Source: Octopus sinensis (taxonomy: Eukaryota). From it: 64,000 nucleotides of DNA. How positions within the stretch are numbered: the stretch's first letter is position 1; each line of letters starts with the position of its first letter. Made by a program: the position numbers and the translations under genes. Below, piece by piece: positions 1-13,094 of the stretch. The stretch is taken from the NCBI RefSeq assembly GCF_006345805.1, contig NC_043007.1, positions 62,372,001 through 62,436,000 of the forward strand, written 5' to 3'. The notes under the pieces are model-generated. The model made no database searches, was not told the DNA's origin, and saw nothing but the letters and a program-made list of their open reading frames with translations.

Positions 1-269
1 CATCCTGAAACATCTGTCAAAATACGGAGAATTTCAATGTTTACTTTCACTTTCCGTGAATGTAGTCAGTTCATTGATTAAAAAAAAAAAGAAAGAAAAA
101 AATCTTTGCCAGCAGCAGTATTTGTTTCGATCTTTTCTAATTAATTGTTATGTTCAGCCTGCTAATTGGACTTTAAAATAAATGAAATCTCCACGTTCAC
201 ATTAGACAAAGCCATGTCAATAAAGTGTAAAAATGTTAATGATGATGGACAATATTATGAATGAATATT

Positions 270-760
270 GTCACTTACTACATCATCACTACTACCATGG
301 CTGTCAAAAGCAAAAGATAAAAAAGACATCATTACCATTGCTATTACCTTTACTACTGCCATCCTAACAGGTGCTGTCACCTGCACAGCCATCTGCAGCC
401 CCACTGCTATCTACTCTACAACTATCATCACTATTGTCATCACTAGTGCTGCTGTTATTATTGCTATAGTATGATCTCACATTTCCATTACTTTCATTAT
501 CATCACAATTGTCATTATCACCACTGTAACTGTCATCATTGTCCTTTCCACTATCATCACTAACCAATATTGTCATCATTATCATCACGACAACAACAGT
601 GACTGTCTTCATTACCATTACCACCACTGTGACCACCACCATCAATAGCACAATGTTACCAGTACCACCACTACAATAGATATATGTCTGTATCATCAAC
701 AGTACCCCCACCATTGCAGTCAGTGACATAATTCTACTTAACAGCCCAGCTGCCTTATCA
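270..760. repeat. Degenerate trinucleotide (ACT/ATC/ACC/ATT) low-complexity tract
   Basis: Continuous cryptic catcac/actact/attatc periodicity. It explains the T/I-rich ORF 268-474 and the V/M/D/N-rich ORF 364-765. Confidence 0.75.
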
Positions 761-1469
761 TACATGTGTTTGCATGCAAGCCTGTGACTCTGTAAATGTG
801 TGTGTGTGCGTGTGCATGTGTGTGTGTGTGCACGTGTGTGTGTGTGTGTGAGAGAGAGAGTGAGAATGTGAATTCATTAAATGAATTATACTCTGAACCT
901 TACTTATTGGTACAAATGATAAATGCTAGAGTCTGATATTTGTATAGATTTTTGTATGCATATTAGTGTGCACATTATCGCACACACATCCACACATACA
1001 TACACACACACTCATACACTACAGACATATTCTGATATGCTCATATATAACTATATCTGTGTGTTTAGAAGTGCATGTGTGAGAGTATGTGTGTAATATG
1101 GTTCTTATTGAGAACACCATATGAACATTCAGTAACAAAGAATAAGATGCAGCCACATGGATTGTATAGTGCAGTTGTTCCTACCTCTGCCACACTTAGC
1201 ATATGCTCTCATAAATGTGGAAACTATGGAAGGGTGGTTTTTACATCATCCCATACACACATGATACCTCAATGTCTATAACAACAATGAGCACATCTAA
1301 AAAAAAATTAAGAAAAATTTATTATTAGATAATCTGCATAAAGAATTTGTTTAAAAGTTTAAGTGGAACCAGCTTGCATAGCATCCTACTCTTTTTTTAA
1401 TTGTGCAGCCTGGACTAATACACATATGTTATAAAGCACACACTAAAGGACACATACTAGAAAAGTGGC

Positions 1470-1602
1470 GTCACAGCTCATTTCTACAGCTGAGTGAACT
1501 AGAGCAATGTGAATAAAGTGACTTGCTCAAGAACACACAGCCCAGCCCAGGAATCGAACTCACTACCTCATGATTGTGAGCTCAACACTCTAACCACTGA
1601 GC
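1470..1602 (-). mobile_element. tRNA-derived SINE 5' fragment
   Basis: The minus strand reads gctcagtggttagagtgttgagctcac...gagttcgattcctgggc (A-box and B-box like), then ttcttgagcaagtcactttattcacattgctctagttcactcagctg. Related pieces lie at about 8150-8262 (-) and 8345-8475 (+). Confidence 0.7.
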
Positions 1603-1680
1603 AGAAGGAAAACATTGATGTTGATCACCTTTATAGTCAGAGTCTACATCATGGAAGTTTTTTGTGACCAAAGTTTGTCA

Positions 1681-1900
1681 AATAATCCTTTCTATTATAG
1701 GCACAAGCCCTGAAATTTTGGTGGGACAGGGTAGTCAATTACATCAACCCTAGTGCGCAACTGGTACTTATTTCATCAACCAGAAAAGGATGAAAGACAA
1801 AGTCAACCTCTCTGAAATTTGAACTCACTGCATAAAGCCAGAAGAAATGCAGCTGAGCATTTTATCCAGTGTTCTAACAATTCTACTAGTTCCACACCTC
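1681..1900 (-). mobile_element. SINE family A copy (head ggcggcgagctggcagaatcgttagc, core gagttcaaatt...ctttcatcctttcggggtcgataaaataagtaccag)
   Basis: Reverse complement matches the many + strand copies in this window, e.g. 17925-18145. Confidence 0.8.
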
Positions 1901-2189
1901 AAATTTGTCTAATGATATCATATAGCTAAGCAGACTGCAGGCACAAAACACAGATTTCACCACCTGCTATCATGGTTGAAAATTTTTTGATTAGATTTTC
2001 TCCTGCTTTGCCAATATAGGGCATACAACGCAACTTCTTGTAAGGTACTCTTCTGAACATTTCCAAGATAATACTTGCTTATGTCCCCATTCACAATTAC
2101 TAGGTATTTAATGAACCTATGTTGGTTTCCATTCAACTGTTCCTTAGATCTTGTGTGTGTGTGTTGTGACACTTCTTAGTCACAGTTTT

Positions 2190-3930
2190 TCAGCAGCTTT
2201 TTTCTCAGCAGGATAGTTCCTCAGTGATCAGTTCACTAGCCAAATAGTATGATGCTTTGATCATAGATCTCTTGAATAATGGTTGGCTTGGGCCAAAACA
2301 ACAGCAACAGCTTTGTTTTGTCTTCTCCCCTCCTATCATCAAACACTTAAGGAACATGGTTGCTTATTTCTCAACTTGTTAGAAATAGAAATCAAATCTC
2401 TCTTCTGTCACATCTTACCTCTTAGAAAAGGTCATATTGGGATAATATGGATCTGGATTCCCAGGACACAGGGAAAAGATGAGATGGTCACAGAATGTCT
2501 TTGATCATATGTACACTTTAATCAGGGCTGAACAGCAACAGCAGAAAATACCTTTATGTGGTCACTGAGCCTGTAGAATTAATAGCTAATTCTTGTGAAA
2601 ATCATAAGGGAAAGATACATTAGATAACATAGTAGTTACGGATAACAATGTACCTGATAAAAAAAAAAACAAAAAAAACAGTATAGCCTCCACTGGAACA
2701 CTTTTGATCATAGGTCAACACAATCAGTTCTGACTTGCAGTTAAATAACAGCAACACAATTCAAAGAGGCATTAAGTGGTTGTTTGACATGCTATAAATA
2801 GCAGCTAAATCTCCCTCAAAATCTCTTTAAAAAGGAAGGGTGTGTTAAATAATAAAGTTTTAGAAACATTATATCTGAAAAAAGAAACAAGATGAAATAT
2901 CATAGCTGGAATGTTCTTGGTCACAAGTCTATTTGAACATGGTCTCTTTAAATCAAGCAAATGATGTAACTTCTATGTTGGCACTTGACTTGTTACAAAT
3001 AGCAACTAAACTTTCCTGAAATAACGCCCTGCCATCCTTAGGTTTGGGATACACTATTCTTGAAGCAACAAACAAAAATGAGAGAATAGTCACCAACAGA
3101 ATGCTTTTGATTATGCATCTACTTCATCAGAGTTCATTGTGGGTTTAAATTACAGTGAACTACTTTATCCAGTGAGTCATTCTCTATGTCAAAGATGGTA
3201 GGATAAGATTTGGCTGCTATTTTTAGCAGGCTAAGCAACCATGTTGAAGCATTCTTGGTAACTTGCAACAATTGTTGTTGTTGTTGTTGGTCATAGAGAT
3301 GACCAACAACAACAATTGTTACTGTCCTAACTCATCCCTGACAGTTATGTTGCCCCAGGCAATCTGGAATTGAATAAACCTGCAAGCATATGCTGTTATT
3401 GTGTCTGAAAAGATTAGGACATAGTTGGAATATCTTTGACCATAGGTTTACTTAATCAGATATAACCTGAGACCTCTCTTACATTGCCTTCAACAATGTG
3501 GGAGTCTTTACATCAATGGTTCTCAACCATTTTTTGCCTATGGACCCCTTTGATTACTATTGTATTCCAGTGGACCTACAAAGCCTTTTGATGTGTAAAA
3601 CCTAGTTTTATAGACACTCTTTTCTAAATTCCTATTTTATTTTTCACACATTAACTTATGTAATTCGAACTATGTAAAACGTCAGAGAAAGAAACCTAGC
3701 TGTTTCTTGCAATAATTACATCTAAAGCAAAATTTTTTCATGGACCCTTAAAATACTACTGTGGATCCCCAATTTATTATTTTGCTTGCATGGACCCTCA
3801 AAAGTCTAACACAGTTCCCCAAGGGTCATATGGACCCTGGTTGAGAACCACTACTTTACATGATCATTCAACCTGCTGAAATAACAGCTAAATCTCCCTC
3901 AAACCACATGCTTACCAGCTTAAACAAGAA
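2190..3930 (+). mobile_element. Cluster of degenerate SINE family C copies (ctagaaatagcagccaaatctccctc...ggaatgcctttgatcataggtct...(CAA)n tail)
   Basis: The motifs gaatg(t/c)(c/t)tttgatcat and aaatagcagctaaatctccctcaaa recur several times about 200 bp apart. One copy is inverted at about 3190-3240. Related copies are at about 34610-34740 and 62240-62470. Confidence 0.6.
3514..3853. mobile_element. hAT-type MITE with perfect 8-bp TSD
   Basis: TIRs are caatggttctcaacc (3514) and ggttgagaaccacta (3839-3853). The identical flanks CTTTACAT lie at 3506-3513 and 3854-3861. An 8-bp TSD with CAGTGGTTCTCAA-like ends is typical of hAT/Charlie. Confidence 0.9.
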
Positions 3931-4065
3931 ATGACTAATTCGATTAATTGCATCTGAAATCTTTTATAGTATTATTTTGTGGGCAAATAAGAGAAAAAGT
4001 GATAATTTGAAAGGTTTTTAACCTTTTTAATGTTTCAATAATAATTTATTAGTAGGTGGCCTTAA

Positions 4066-4289
4066 TTAGCCCTTTAGCATTCAGATTATTCTATTAAATG
4101 TAATGCTTATTTATCTTCATTGATTTGAGTTAATCATGCATTATCTTGTATTTTCAAGATTTTAATGTGACTGCTTATTTTTAGAATGATGTTATAGGTA
4201 GGTGTGAGATACCAGATCTGGGTAGTTTGAACATAAAGTAGGTAGATTATTTTGGTCAGATATGGCTGGTTTAAACACTAAAAAGTAAA
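4066..4289 (+). mobile_element. TTAA-ended MITE (ttaaccctttagcatt...aatgctaaagggttaa type; piggyBac-like ends)
   Basis: Degenerate TIR ccctttagcatt at both ends. The same internal sequence occurs reversed at about 13751-13976 and 34744-34970. Confidence 0.7.
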
Positions 4290-4439
4290 CAACAAAATAA
4301 AACTTATCACCTGTGACTTTTCCTTACCTGTATATACTGGGAAATTGAATGCTGGTAGACTGTTCAGCTGTGGAGAAGACCTGCTGGGAAAATAATTTTC
4401 ATCATCATTGCCAGTTTTATCGCTAGCTTTTTCAATGAA

Positions 4440-5130
4440 GCATGGAAAAAGAAAATCATCATCATCATTATCAACATTTAATATCTGTTTTCCATGCTGG
4501 CATGGGTTGGATAGCTTGACAGGAACTGGCAAGGCCAGGCACTGCACAGGTTCCATGGTTTGTTTTGGCTTCGTTCTTATGGCTGGATGGTCTTCCTAAT
4601 GCCAACCATTCCACAAAGTGTACTGGGTGCTTTTTGTGGCATCTTCATACAGTGTCTCATCATTGCTTGAAGATTTGTCATATTTGTTAAGTTCAGTATC
4701 TTAAGGTCAGTTTTCTTCACTTCTGCCCACAGCTTCCTTCCATTTGAATTTCTTGGAACTTCTTTATATGTCCATACCAGCAGCATCTCCTCTCTTGCAC
4801 TTTTCATCCGATTCCTCTTAAGCCTAGTTTTTCTCTCGCTTGTATTTCATTATTCATGCACATTGACACTATACATCCAACAGAATATACTCACCTCACT
4901 TATATCCAGCCTTCATACATTCTCTACATTTAAAGCCCATGTTTTGTTATCATACAACATTGTCCAAGTGTCATGCTATCTATCTTTCATGAAAAAAGAG
5001 AATCCCTTTGTTACCAACAACAGTGACAGCTCCCTGAATATTTTCCAACCCTGTATTACTCTGGTTACTCATGCTTTCAGAGCGCCCACTCCATTTCTGA
5101 ATTGGTCACCTTGGTAACAGGTGCATCAGA
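4440..5130 (-). mobile_element. RTE-clade LINE 3' fragment with 3' UTR and (GAT)n tail
   Basis: The minus strand translates through stops to GDQFRNGVGA...IQGWKIFRELSLLLVTKGFSF..., the RTE RT GWxKFRELLPLL motif. It ends in ccatgccagcatggaaaa...gatgatgat. Confidence 0.75.
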
Positions 5131-5271
5131 ATATTTGAAAGAATTTATTTCTTAGTTGCTCTTCCTGTTAGCTACTCATGTATATCTGCTACATACAAAG
5201 TGGTCTTCCTTTCCTCTCAGCCTATCTGTGATTTCACTACATCTCTTGTTCATTTATAGTTTACATTGATT

Positions 5272-5735
5272 ATCATCATCATCATCATCACTTTAATGTA
5301 CACTTTTCTGTACTTGTATGGATCAGACAGAATTCATTGAAGTAGATTTCCTACTGCCAGATGTACTTCTTGTCACCAACCCTCACTTGTTTTCAAACAT
5401 AGTAATATTTCCCCATAGTTAAACATGCTTTCATGGAAGATTAGAAATGAATGACATGTATGATGGTAACATTATACCTGTTGTCACACAATATTTTACA
5501 ACTATTACATGATGTCAAAATAAAGATGCACAGTCACACACACACACTCACACACACACACACGTATATATGATGGGCTTCTTTCAGATTTTAAATCCAC
5601 TCATAAGGCTTTGGTCAGCTGATGGGGAGAGGGGGCTATGGTAGAAGATACTTGCCTGTGGTGCCACACAGTGGGAATGAACCTGAAACCATGTGGTTGG
5701 GAAGCAAACTTCTTCACTGCACAACCATGTTTGTG
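5272..5735 (-). mobile_element. SINE family B variant (tRNA head, internal (TG)n, RTE-type tail)
   Basis: The head is ggttgtgcagtgaagaagtttgcttcccaaccacatgg, followed by a (CA)n spacer and a tail ending (GAT)n. A second copy lies at about 7255-7720 (-). Confidence 0.7.
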
Positions 5736-5997
5736 TCCATACTGTAGGGAATACTTATTTATGTTTTTTTCTGCATATTAGTTCAAATACTTCCTTCATG
5801 TCAATAGAATTTTGCCTTTTTCTTCTAAAACTTTTGTCTTTGCTTGGTTTATCTTGAATCCTCTCAGTTTTAAGCTTTGCTTCCATGGTCGAAATTTCTT
5901 CTGTAACTCTTCCACAGATTCAGCTATAAGGACAAGATCATCAGCATACAAAAGTTCCTATGAAGAGCCAGTCTTAAAATTCTGTTATTATTTTTGT

Positions 5998-6120
5998 GTT
6001 ACTGCGTGGTAAGAAGCTTGCTTCCCAACCCACATGGTTCTGGTTCAGTCCCACTGTGTGACACCTTGGGCAAGTGCCTTGTGAGTGGATTTAGTAGATG
6101 GTAACTGAAAGAAGCCTGTT

Positions 6121-6154
<34 letters not shown>

Positions 6155-6370
6155 TTGTGTGTTTATGTCTGTGTTTATTCCCCCCACCATTGCTTGATAA
6201 CTGATGCTGGTGTGTTTACATCCCTGTAATTTAGCGGTTCAACAAGAGACTGATAGAATAAGTACTAGGCTTACATAGAATAAGTCTAGGGGTTGATTTC
6301 TTCAATTAAAAGCAGTGCCCCTGCATGGCCACAGTCAAAATGACTGAAACAAGTAAAAGAATAAAAGAAT
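5998..6370 (+). mobile_element. SINE family B (tRNA head, caccttgggcaagtg core, internal (TA)n, tail ...gactgaaacaagtaaaaga)
   Basis: Same structure as about 12556-12945 (+), 26540-26972 (+), 40470-40860 (-), 50668-51048 (-), 51165-51520 (+) and 53440-53866 (-), with partial copies at about 20885-21015, 27185-27345, 37625-37800, 41510-41605, 58225-58385 and 60785-60955. The core resembles the CORE-type domain of octopus OR-family SINEs (recalled, not searched). Confidence 0.85.
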
Positions 6371-7478
6371 ACTGTCATGTCTATTACTTTTCCTTAAAAA
6401 ACATTTTTTATCTTTCCATTAATCACTTCTTGCTTTCTCTTCTATCAAAACTTCAGCAACAACTTTTGACAGTTTGTCATAGATTTAATGTTATTTTGTT
6501 ATTTTTTGTTGTTTATATATTTATTTATTTATTTATTTGGTTATATATTTATTTATTTATTTTGTGGACATTTACCTACACAATAACTTACTCTCTAAAC
6601 TCATCGACTTCCAGTTTGCTAATGGCATCTTTCTACATGGCTTGCACACCTTGCATACCGTGCACAAGTCATTTATCTATACCTAGTTGTCTTAGAGACA
6701 ACCATACTACAATGCATAGTACCTTGTTAAAGATCTCTTCCAGATCAATGAACACTAAGTATAGTGGCTTACTCTTACCTTAGAACATCTCTTAAAGTTG
6801 TTTCATAAGAAACAGGACATCAGTAGTGTCCCATCTTGGCATGTACCTGTACTACATCTTGTCTAATCTAATTCTGTTCTTAATCAGTTGTGCTATCACT
6901 CTTTCTGTTTATTTCATATCCGTGTCCATTTGTTTGATATTTCAAAAATCAGTTTGGAAATGATGGCTAAGAAAACTTATATAACTGTTTGCACATATAT
7001 GTGTGAAAATGTGTGTGTAAAAGAAAGAGAGAGAGAGAGAGAGAGAATCAAAAATACATACACACTCACATGTGCACAATTGCAATGATAAATGTAACAC
7101 AGTAACAAGTGGATAAAATATTTGAAACTTAAACCATTCACACAATGAATGCACATTGTATCTATTGCACTACAAATTAGATGATCATTTTTCTTTGTCC
7201 TCATTGCTCAATGTTCTGAAAAGAGCATAATGTGAGACGACATGTAATTCTAGATCTTACTATTTTACTGTCCTCTTTTCCATGTTCACATGGATCAGAT
7301 GAAACTTGTTGAGGCAGATTTCCTATGGCCAGATGTCCTTCCTGTTTTTCGACTCTCACCTGTTTTCCCATAGTTGGACATGATCCCACAGAAGAGTGGA
7401 AGTGAAGGCCACCACTTGTACAAACGCAAAGTTCATTTATGACTATCAGGCAATGTCAAGGTGAGGAGGCACAAACAT

Positions 7479-7545
<67 letters not shown>

Positions 7546-8265
7546 ACACAAATATAAAAGAGAGGATTCTTTTCAGTTTCTGCCTATCACATCTACTCAC
7601 AAGGCTTTAGTCAGCCCCGGACTGTAGTAGAAGACATTTGCCCATGTTGCCATACAATAGGACAGAACCCAAAACCATGTGGTTCAGAAGCAAATTTCTT
7701 AACCATACAGCCATATTTGTACCTATATATCCTAGTCGTTTTTATTATCAACAATAGGGGTACTGGATTGGTAAAGTTAGTAGAGTGATATACAAAATGC
7801 CTTGTGGTATTAAAATGAATGCCTTTAAGTTTTGTGTTTGACTCTCCTCAAGTAGTTTTAGACTTTCTTCCTTCTAGATTTGACAATAAATGTACCAGCC
7901 AAGTACTGTCTGCCTGTCTTTTTATCTCAAGCCTATAGACACATTTAGCCAGAACTTATCCTAGTTTTAAGACATCAAGCGACAGAGAGTGCAGACTCTT
8001 TCCATAGATGAGACACCAGTTCATCACATGGTTAACTTCTAGTTGGTGTGCTGGTGCTCATTTCCACTTGAGTTACCAGTTTCTGTTGAACCATCCAACC
8101 CATGCCAGCATGATGTTAAATGATGAGTTATCTGATGTAAAGTATATTGCTTGGCATTAAGTGCCTTGCTTATCATGAAGTACCTTGCTCAAAGCCCTGT
8201 CTGGTCTCAGAATTGAACCCACGATATAACATGTTTGAGCTCAACACCCTAACTACTAGGCCATT

Positions 8266-8340
8266 CATCAAGTACAAGCCAGTACATCAAGTACAAGCCA
8301 GTACATCACGTACAAGTACAAACCATCAAGTACAACCATA
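8266..8340 (+). repeat. Short tandem repeat, about 19-bp unit catcaagtacaagccagta
   Basis: Two near-exact units plus about two degenerate units are visible directly. Confidence 0.8.
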
Positions 8341-9034
8341 TTCCTATTAGTAGTTAGAGTCTCTGGCTGATAATCATAATGTCATGGGTTCCTAAACTGG
8401 ACAGCACATTGTGACCTTGAGCAAAGCACTTCATTTTATATTGCTCCAGTCCACTCAGCTGAAAATTAGTACCAGCCAGTTGCTAGCATAGCTCTCATTC
8501 CAACCAGCTGTTACAGTTTGGTGTACTGCTGGGTCAAAAAAGGGGGAAAAGTCAAAAGAGACATAGAACACAGTGAAAGATAATAATGCAGAAAATTTCA
8601 AAGGGATAATAACAAACTTTAATCCACCTTAGGAATATCTTCTGTCATAATGCCCCTTAGTGCAATCTCAACACCTCTTTTGCAGGTTGGAGATGCCAAA
8701 CTAAAGAACTGCTGTTCTAAACTAACTGAAGGAGAGAGAAAGATGGACCTATTTGCCAATTTGATTTTAGTGAGTTAGAGAGACAGTTGAGAATAGAATT
8801 GTTAACTTTTTAGATATTCAATTATTTATTATTTTTAATTATTCCAGTGGTTTATCTCTTTGTTAGTTAGATCCATACTAGGCAACTCAATAAGTGAACT
8901 GACCAAAGCAACCTTAAACCTTTTGACACCAACCTGCCTGAGACCACTCTTACTTCTATGAAACAAGCTTCTTGTTTTAAAGTGATCTAAATTAAAACTT
9001 TCCATCTAAATTTCTTGTTAAATTATTTTCCAAG

Positions 9035-9260
9035 TTGGTGGTGTGCTGGCAGAATTGTTAGCATGCTGGGCAAAATGCTCAGCAGCATTTTGTATGTTTT
9101 TATGTTCTGAGTTCAAACTCCACTGAGGTTGACTAGCCTTTCATCCTTTTGGGATCAATAAAATAAGTAACAGCTGAGTACTGGGATTGATGTAATTGAC
9201 TTACCCCTTGCCCTGAAATTACTGACCTTGTGCCAAAATTTGAAACCATTATTATTATTA

Positions 9261-9312
<52 letters not shown>

Positions 9313-9995
9313 AAAGCCAATGAGCTGGCAGAATCGTTAGCATGCCAGGCAAAATACTTATCAATATTTCACTTGTCGCTATGTTCGGAGTTCAAATTCT
9401 GCTGAGGGCAACTCTGCCTTTCATCCTTTCAGAGTCGATAAATTAAGTACCACTAGGGGTCAATGTAATCGACTTAGCCCCTCCCTGCCAAAATGGTTGC
9501 CTTTGTAGCAAAATTTGAAACCATTATTATTATTATTATTATCATTATTAAGGCAGTGAGCTGGTAGAATTGTTAGCATACCAGACAAAATGCTTAGTGG
9601 CATTTAAGTTCAAATTCCTCCAAAGTTGACTTTGCCTTTCATCATCTTGCTGTCAATGAAATAAGTACCAGTTGAGCACTGATGTCAATGTAGTTGGATA
9701 GTTCCCTCCACAACAAATTTCAGGCCTTGTGCCAATAGGAGAAAGAATCACCACCACCATCATCATTATCGTCATCATCATCATCCAGTGAGCTGGCAGA
9801 ATCGTTAGCATGCTGGGCAAAATGCTTAGTGATATTTATCCCATTGCTACATTCTGAGTTCAAGTTCTGTTGAGGTCAACTTTGCCTTTCATCCTTTCGG
9901 GGCCAATAAATTAAGTACCAGTTGAGTACTGGGGTTAATGTAATCAACTTAACCTCTCCCCCAAAATTTCAGGCCTTGTACCTATAGTAGAAAGG

Positions 9996-10028
<33 letters not shown>

Positions 10029-10183
10029 GAGTGAGAGAGCAGTACATGCCATCGAAACCCAGTATACCCATCATGACTACCCGTCTGATAAGAGTACCCC
10101 AGGCACATGCATCACAACCAAATGTGTGCGACATGGTGATCTCATATCAAGATAATAATAATAATAATTATTATTATTATTAA

Positions 10184-10216
<33 letters not shown>

Positions 10217-10430
10217 CACCAAGATGGCAGGCTGGCAGAATTAGTAGTGTGTTGGACAAAACGTTTCATGACATTTCTTCCAGCTTTTTACATTCTCAGT
10301 TCAAATACGACTGATGTTAGCATTGTCGTTCATCCTTTTGGGCTCAATAAAATGAAGTACCAGTCGAGTATTGAAGCTGATGTAATCAACTTCTCCTCCA
10401 TTCAAAATTCTGGCCTTGAAATTATTAATC
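9035..10430 (+). mobile_element. Head-to-tail array of five SINE family A copies separated by (ATT)n/(ATC)n tails
   Basis: Heads (g)ctggcagaat(c/t)gttagc occur near 9048, 9324, 9560, 9791 and 10232. The first four units each end in an aaatttgaaacc or gtagaaagg(a)-type end followed by a trinucleotide tail. Confidence 0.85.
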
Positions 10431-11909
10431 TGATTTAGTTGTTGTTGTTGTTACTGCTGCTACTACTGCTGTTGTTTTCTATGATTTTAACAAAATCATA
10501 GAAAGCATGCCATAATCATTTCTTAAAATTACTGGCCTGAATTAGCTGTCAAGCTGAAAGCATTATGTCTTTCTAATTAATCTCTCATCAATAAATTAAG
10601 TGACATGTACAGAAGTGTCCATCATACTGCTATTGAAATATGAAATATGTGCTGAGTCAAAGAGGGTTGGGTAGTGATAATGAGCAATACTCTTGATTTG
10701 AGATAAACCAAGAAATACATAATGAGGTTAGATATTAAGAATGTTGGCCCTCCCAAATGAGATGACACAAACTTGAAATGGATGGACAGAAGGCATAAAA
10801 CTGTACAATACATCGATGGATTCCAATATGATATGGGTAATTAAATAATATTTGTGTTAACAAGTTCTATTAGCAATCAATATAAATATTATGATTTAAC
10901 AAAATACAAAAAACATTGCTAAAAGTTCTGTAAGTTATAACTGTTTATATGGAGGAATAGATTTTCTTGTTCATTACATTAATCTTTCTGCTGCTTTGAT
11001 TGCAAAGATGATATCTTACTGAATATATGTAACATAATAAATGGAATATTGGTATCTATTTTTTTAAAATTCTATTTTTAATTGAAGGTTTGTCTAATTT
11101 TCCTGAAGAGTTGCTTACAATGAGTCATTGTTAAAGAAGTGTGTTTTTTTCTGATTTTGTTGACCTCATATATTATGAGAATTGACTCAGTTTTTTTCCT
11201 TTTTCTAATGGTGGTGGTGGTAGTGGATGAATAACTGTGTTAGCATTTAATGTTGTTATGTTTGATATTTCCTTGGAATGTAGCTCTTAGGCTGCTGGTT
11301 CACAGAAGATCACAGTGTTTTAGTTTTTCATTAATTCTAATGTATTTATTTAGTAGTAAAACTCCTGTTGTGTGAAATCAAATGTAAGCAAATTGATGTA
11401 TACGCAGCTGCTAGAGTTTAATGACTTTGGAACTGTGATAGTCAACCCTTGTTATTCTTTTAAGAACTAAAAAGGAAAAATCATTGCATTAATGTAGGAT
11501 AAAACAATACATTAATTGAACCATTGAGAAATATAGAGTCAAGAAAATAACTTCTACTAAATGTTTGACCTGCCATCCTACTTCCCAATATCCAGTTTGA
11601 TCTCCCCATCTAAAAATATAAAGTGTATAAAGGACATGACTACACTCCATAACTCATTGGGTTGTCAGTGAAACATTCTCTTTCATCCTCTTCATCTTTT
11701 TATAGGACATTGGCAGCTGTCTCTCATCCTCCTCCTCTCTACACTATGCTTATAAGAGAATCTGATACACTAATACAGTTTAGCAAAACATCAATTTTAA
11801 AGTGTTAACATGGCTTACAGTGCTAGAACTGTGCCTATTCATTAGAATTTTCAGCATCCTTAGGTATGTTTTTTGTCTTTTCTTTTTCTTGTGAGTATAA
11901 GTTCAGGTG

Positions 11910-12300
11910 TGTTCATAACACATTGCTAGCGGTTCATAATACACCGCCGGCATGTTCCGAAATCCCATCAGTGGGAATTGTGCCACTGACTGTGGAAACT
12001 GTGGCCCCTTCCTATCCGCCAGATGAAGAATTTGTAATCCTCTTCCATAAGGGAGGGACTTTAGAAAACTTTGTGAAAAAGTTTTTAAAAAAAAGGCTGG
12101 AGGGAAGAGATTTTTCCTGCACTGAGGACCCTGATTGGCCTATGCAGGTGGCTGCGGAGGTCATATGAGAAACTGACTTGTGCAGGATAATGAACTCCTT
12201 CCCCAAGGGTATATTTAGGTTTATGTTGAAGTGGCCTGACTTGGCACCATCCAGATGCTTGAATGAGGCAAGGGGCCTAGTCGGGTATGAAAGTTCCTGT
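11910..12300 (-). pseudogene. Possible decayed L1/Tx1-like RT fragment (alternative: unknown + strand exon, see findings)
   Basis: A GC-richer island. Frameshifted minus-strand pieces RVLSAGKISSL / EEDYKFFIW / GPQFPQSVAQFPLMGFRNMPAVY loosely fit the L1/Tx1 RT pattern LSxxG(R/K)...FIW...P...GGLGxP. The similarity is weak and by eye. Confidence 0.3.
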
Positions 12301-12704
12301 TTGGAAAAAAGGTAAGAGGCTTAGTACCTCATTGTAAAGACCTTGAGTCCAAATGAAATATTGGTAAGAGGTTTATTGTCTCAAATTGTATGCTTACAAA
12401 AGAACAATGTTTTAGAGACGCAAAGATCAGTGGGCGTCTTTAGCCTTCTCTCATTAATATCATCCTGTTTATCATTCATCTCATCTCATTAATGTCTTTG
12501 TCCAGGCTGTAGCTTCTTCATCTGTGTATGGCTTTCATAGCCAATATAATGAAATAAAGAAGCTTGCTTACCAACAACATGGTTCCAGGTTCAGTCACAC
12601 TGTGTGACACCTTGAGCAAGTGTCATCTACTATAGCCTCGGGTTGACCAAAACCTTGTGAGTGGATTTAGTAGATAGAAATTGAAAGAAGCCTACTGTAC
12701 TACT

Positions 12705-12748
<44 letters not shown>

Positions 12749-13094
12749 TTGTCCTCCATCACTGCTTGATAATTGGTGTTGGTGTGTTTACTTCTCCATA
12801 ACTTAGTGGTTCAGCAAAAGAGACCAATAGAATAGATACTAGGCTTTAAAAAAATAAGTGCTGGTTTTGATTCGTTCCACTAAAAAATTCAAGGCGATAC
12901 CCCAACATGGCTATAGTCTAATGACTGAAACAGATAAAAGAAAAAAAGGATTTCTTAAATTTTTTTTTATTCATATTTACACTAGTTTCATTGACTGAGA
13001 CAGCTGAGCAGTTTAAAGAGTGTATGACAAGAATTAACTGATGTTTTTGCCATTTTACCAGAATTATAGCACAAGTGAATCCAGTTCACAGAGT

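Noticed and set aside
1-87. Possible exon edge (plus frame HPETSVKIRR...FID*, or minus acceptor ttttgacag at 14-15)
   Set aside because: It is truncated by the window edge and too short to distinguish from chance.
364-765. 133-aa ORF
   Set aside because: It is the translation of a degenerate trinucleotide tract, and both strands give homopolymeric runs.
5998-6060. SINE heads as tRNA genes
   Set aside because: They have A/B-box-like motifs but no complete cloverleaf, and each is fused to a SINE body.
9035-10430. CRISPR-like reading of the regularly spaced units
   Set aside because: The units are 220-280-bp SINEs with microsatellite spacers in eukaryotic DNA, and there are no cas genes.
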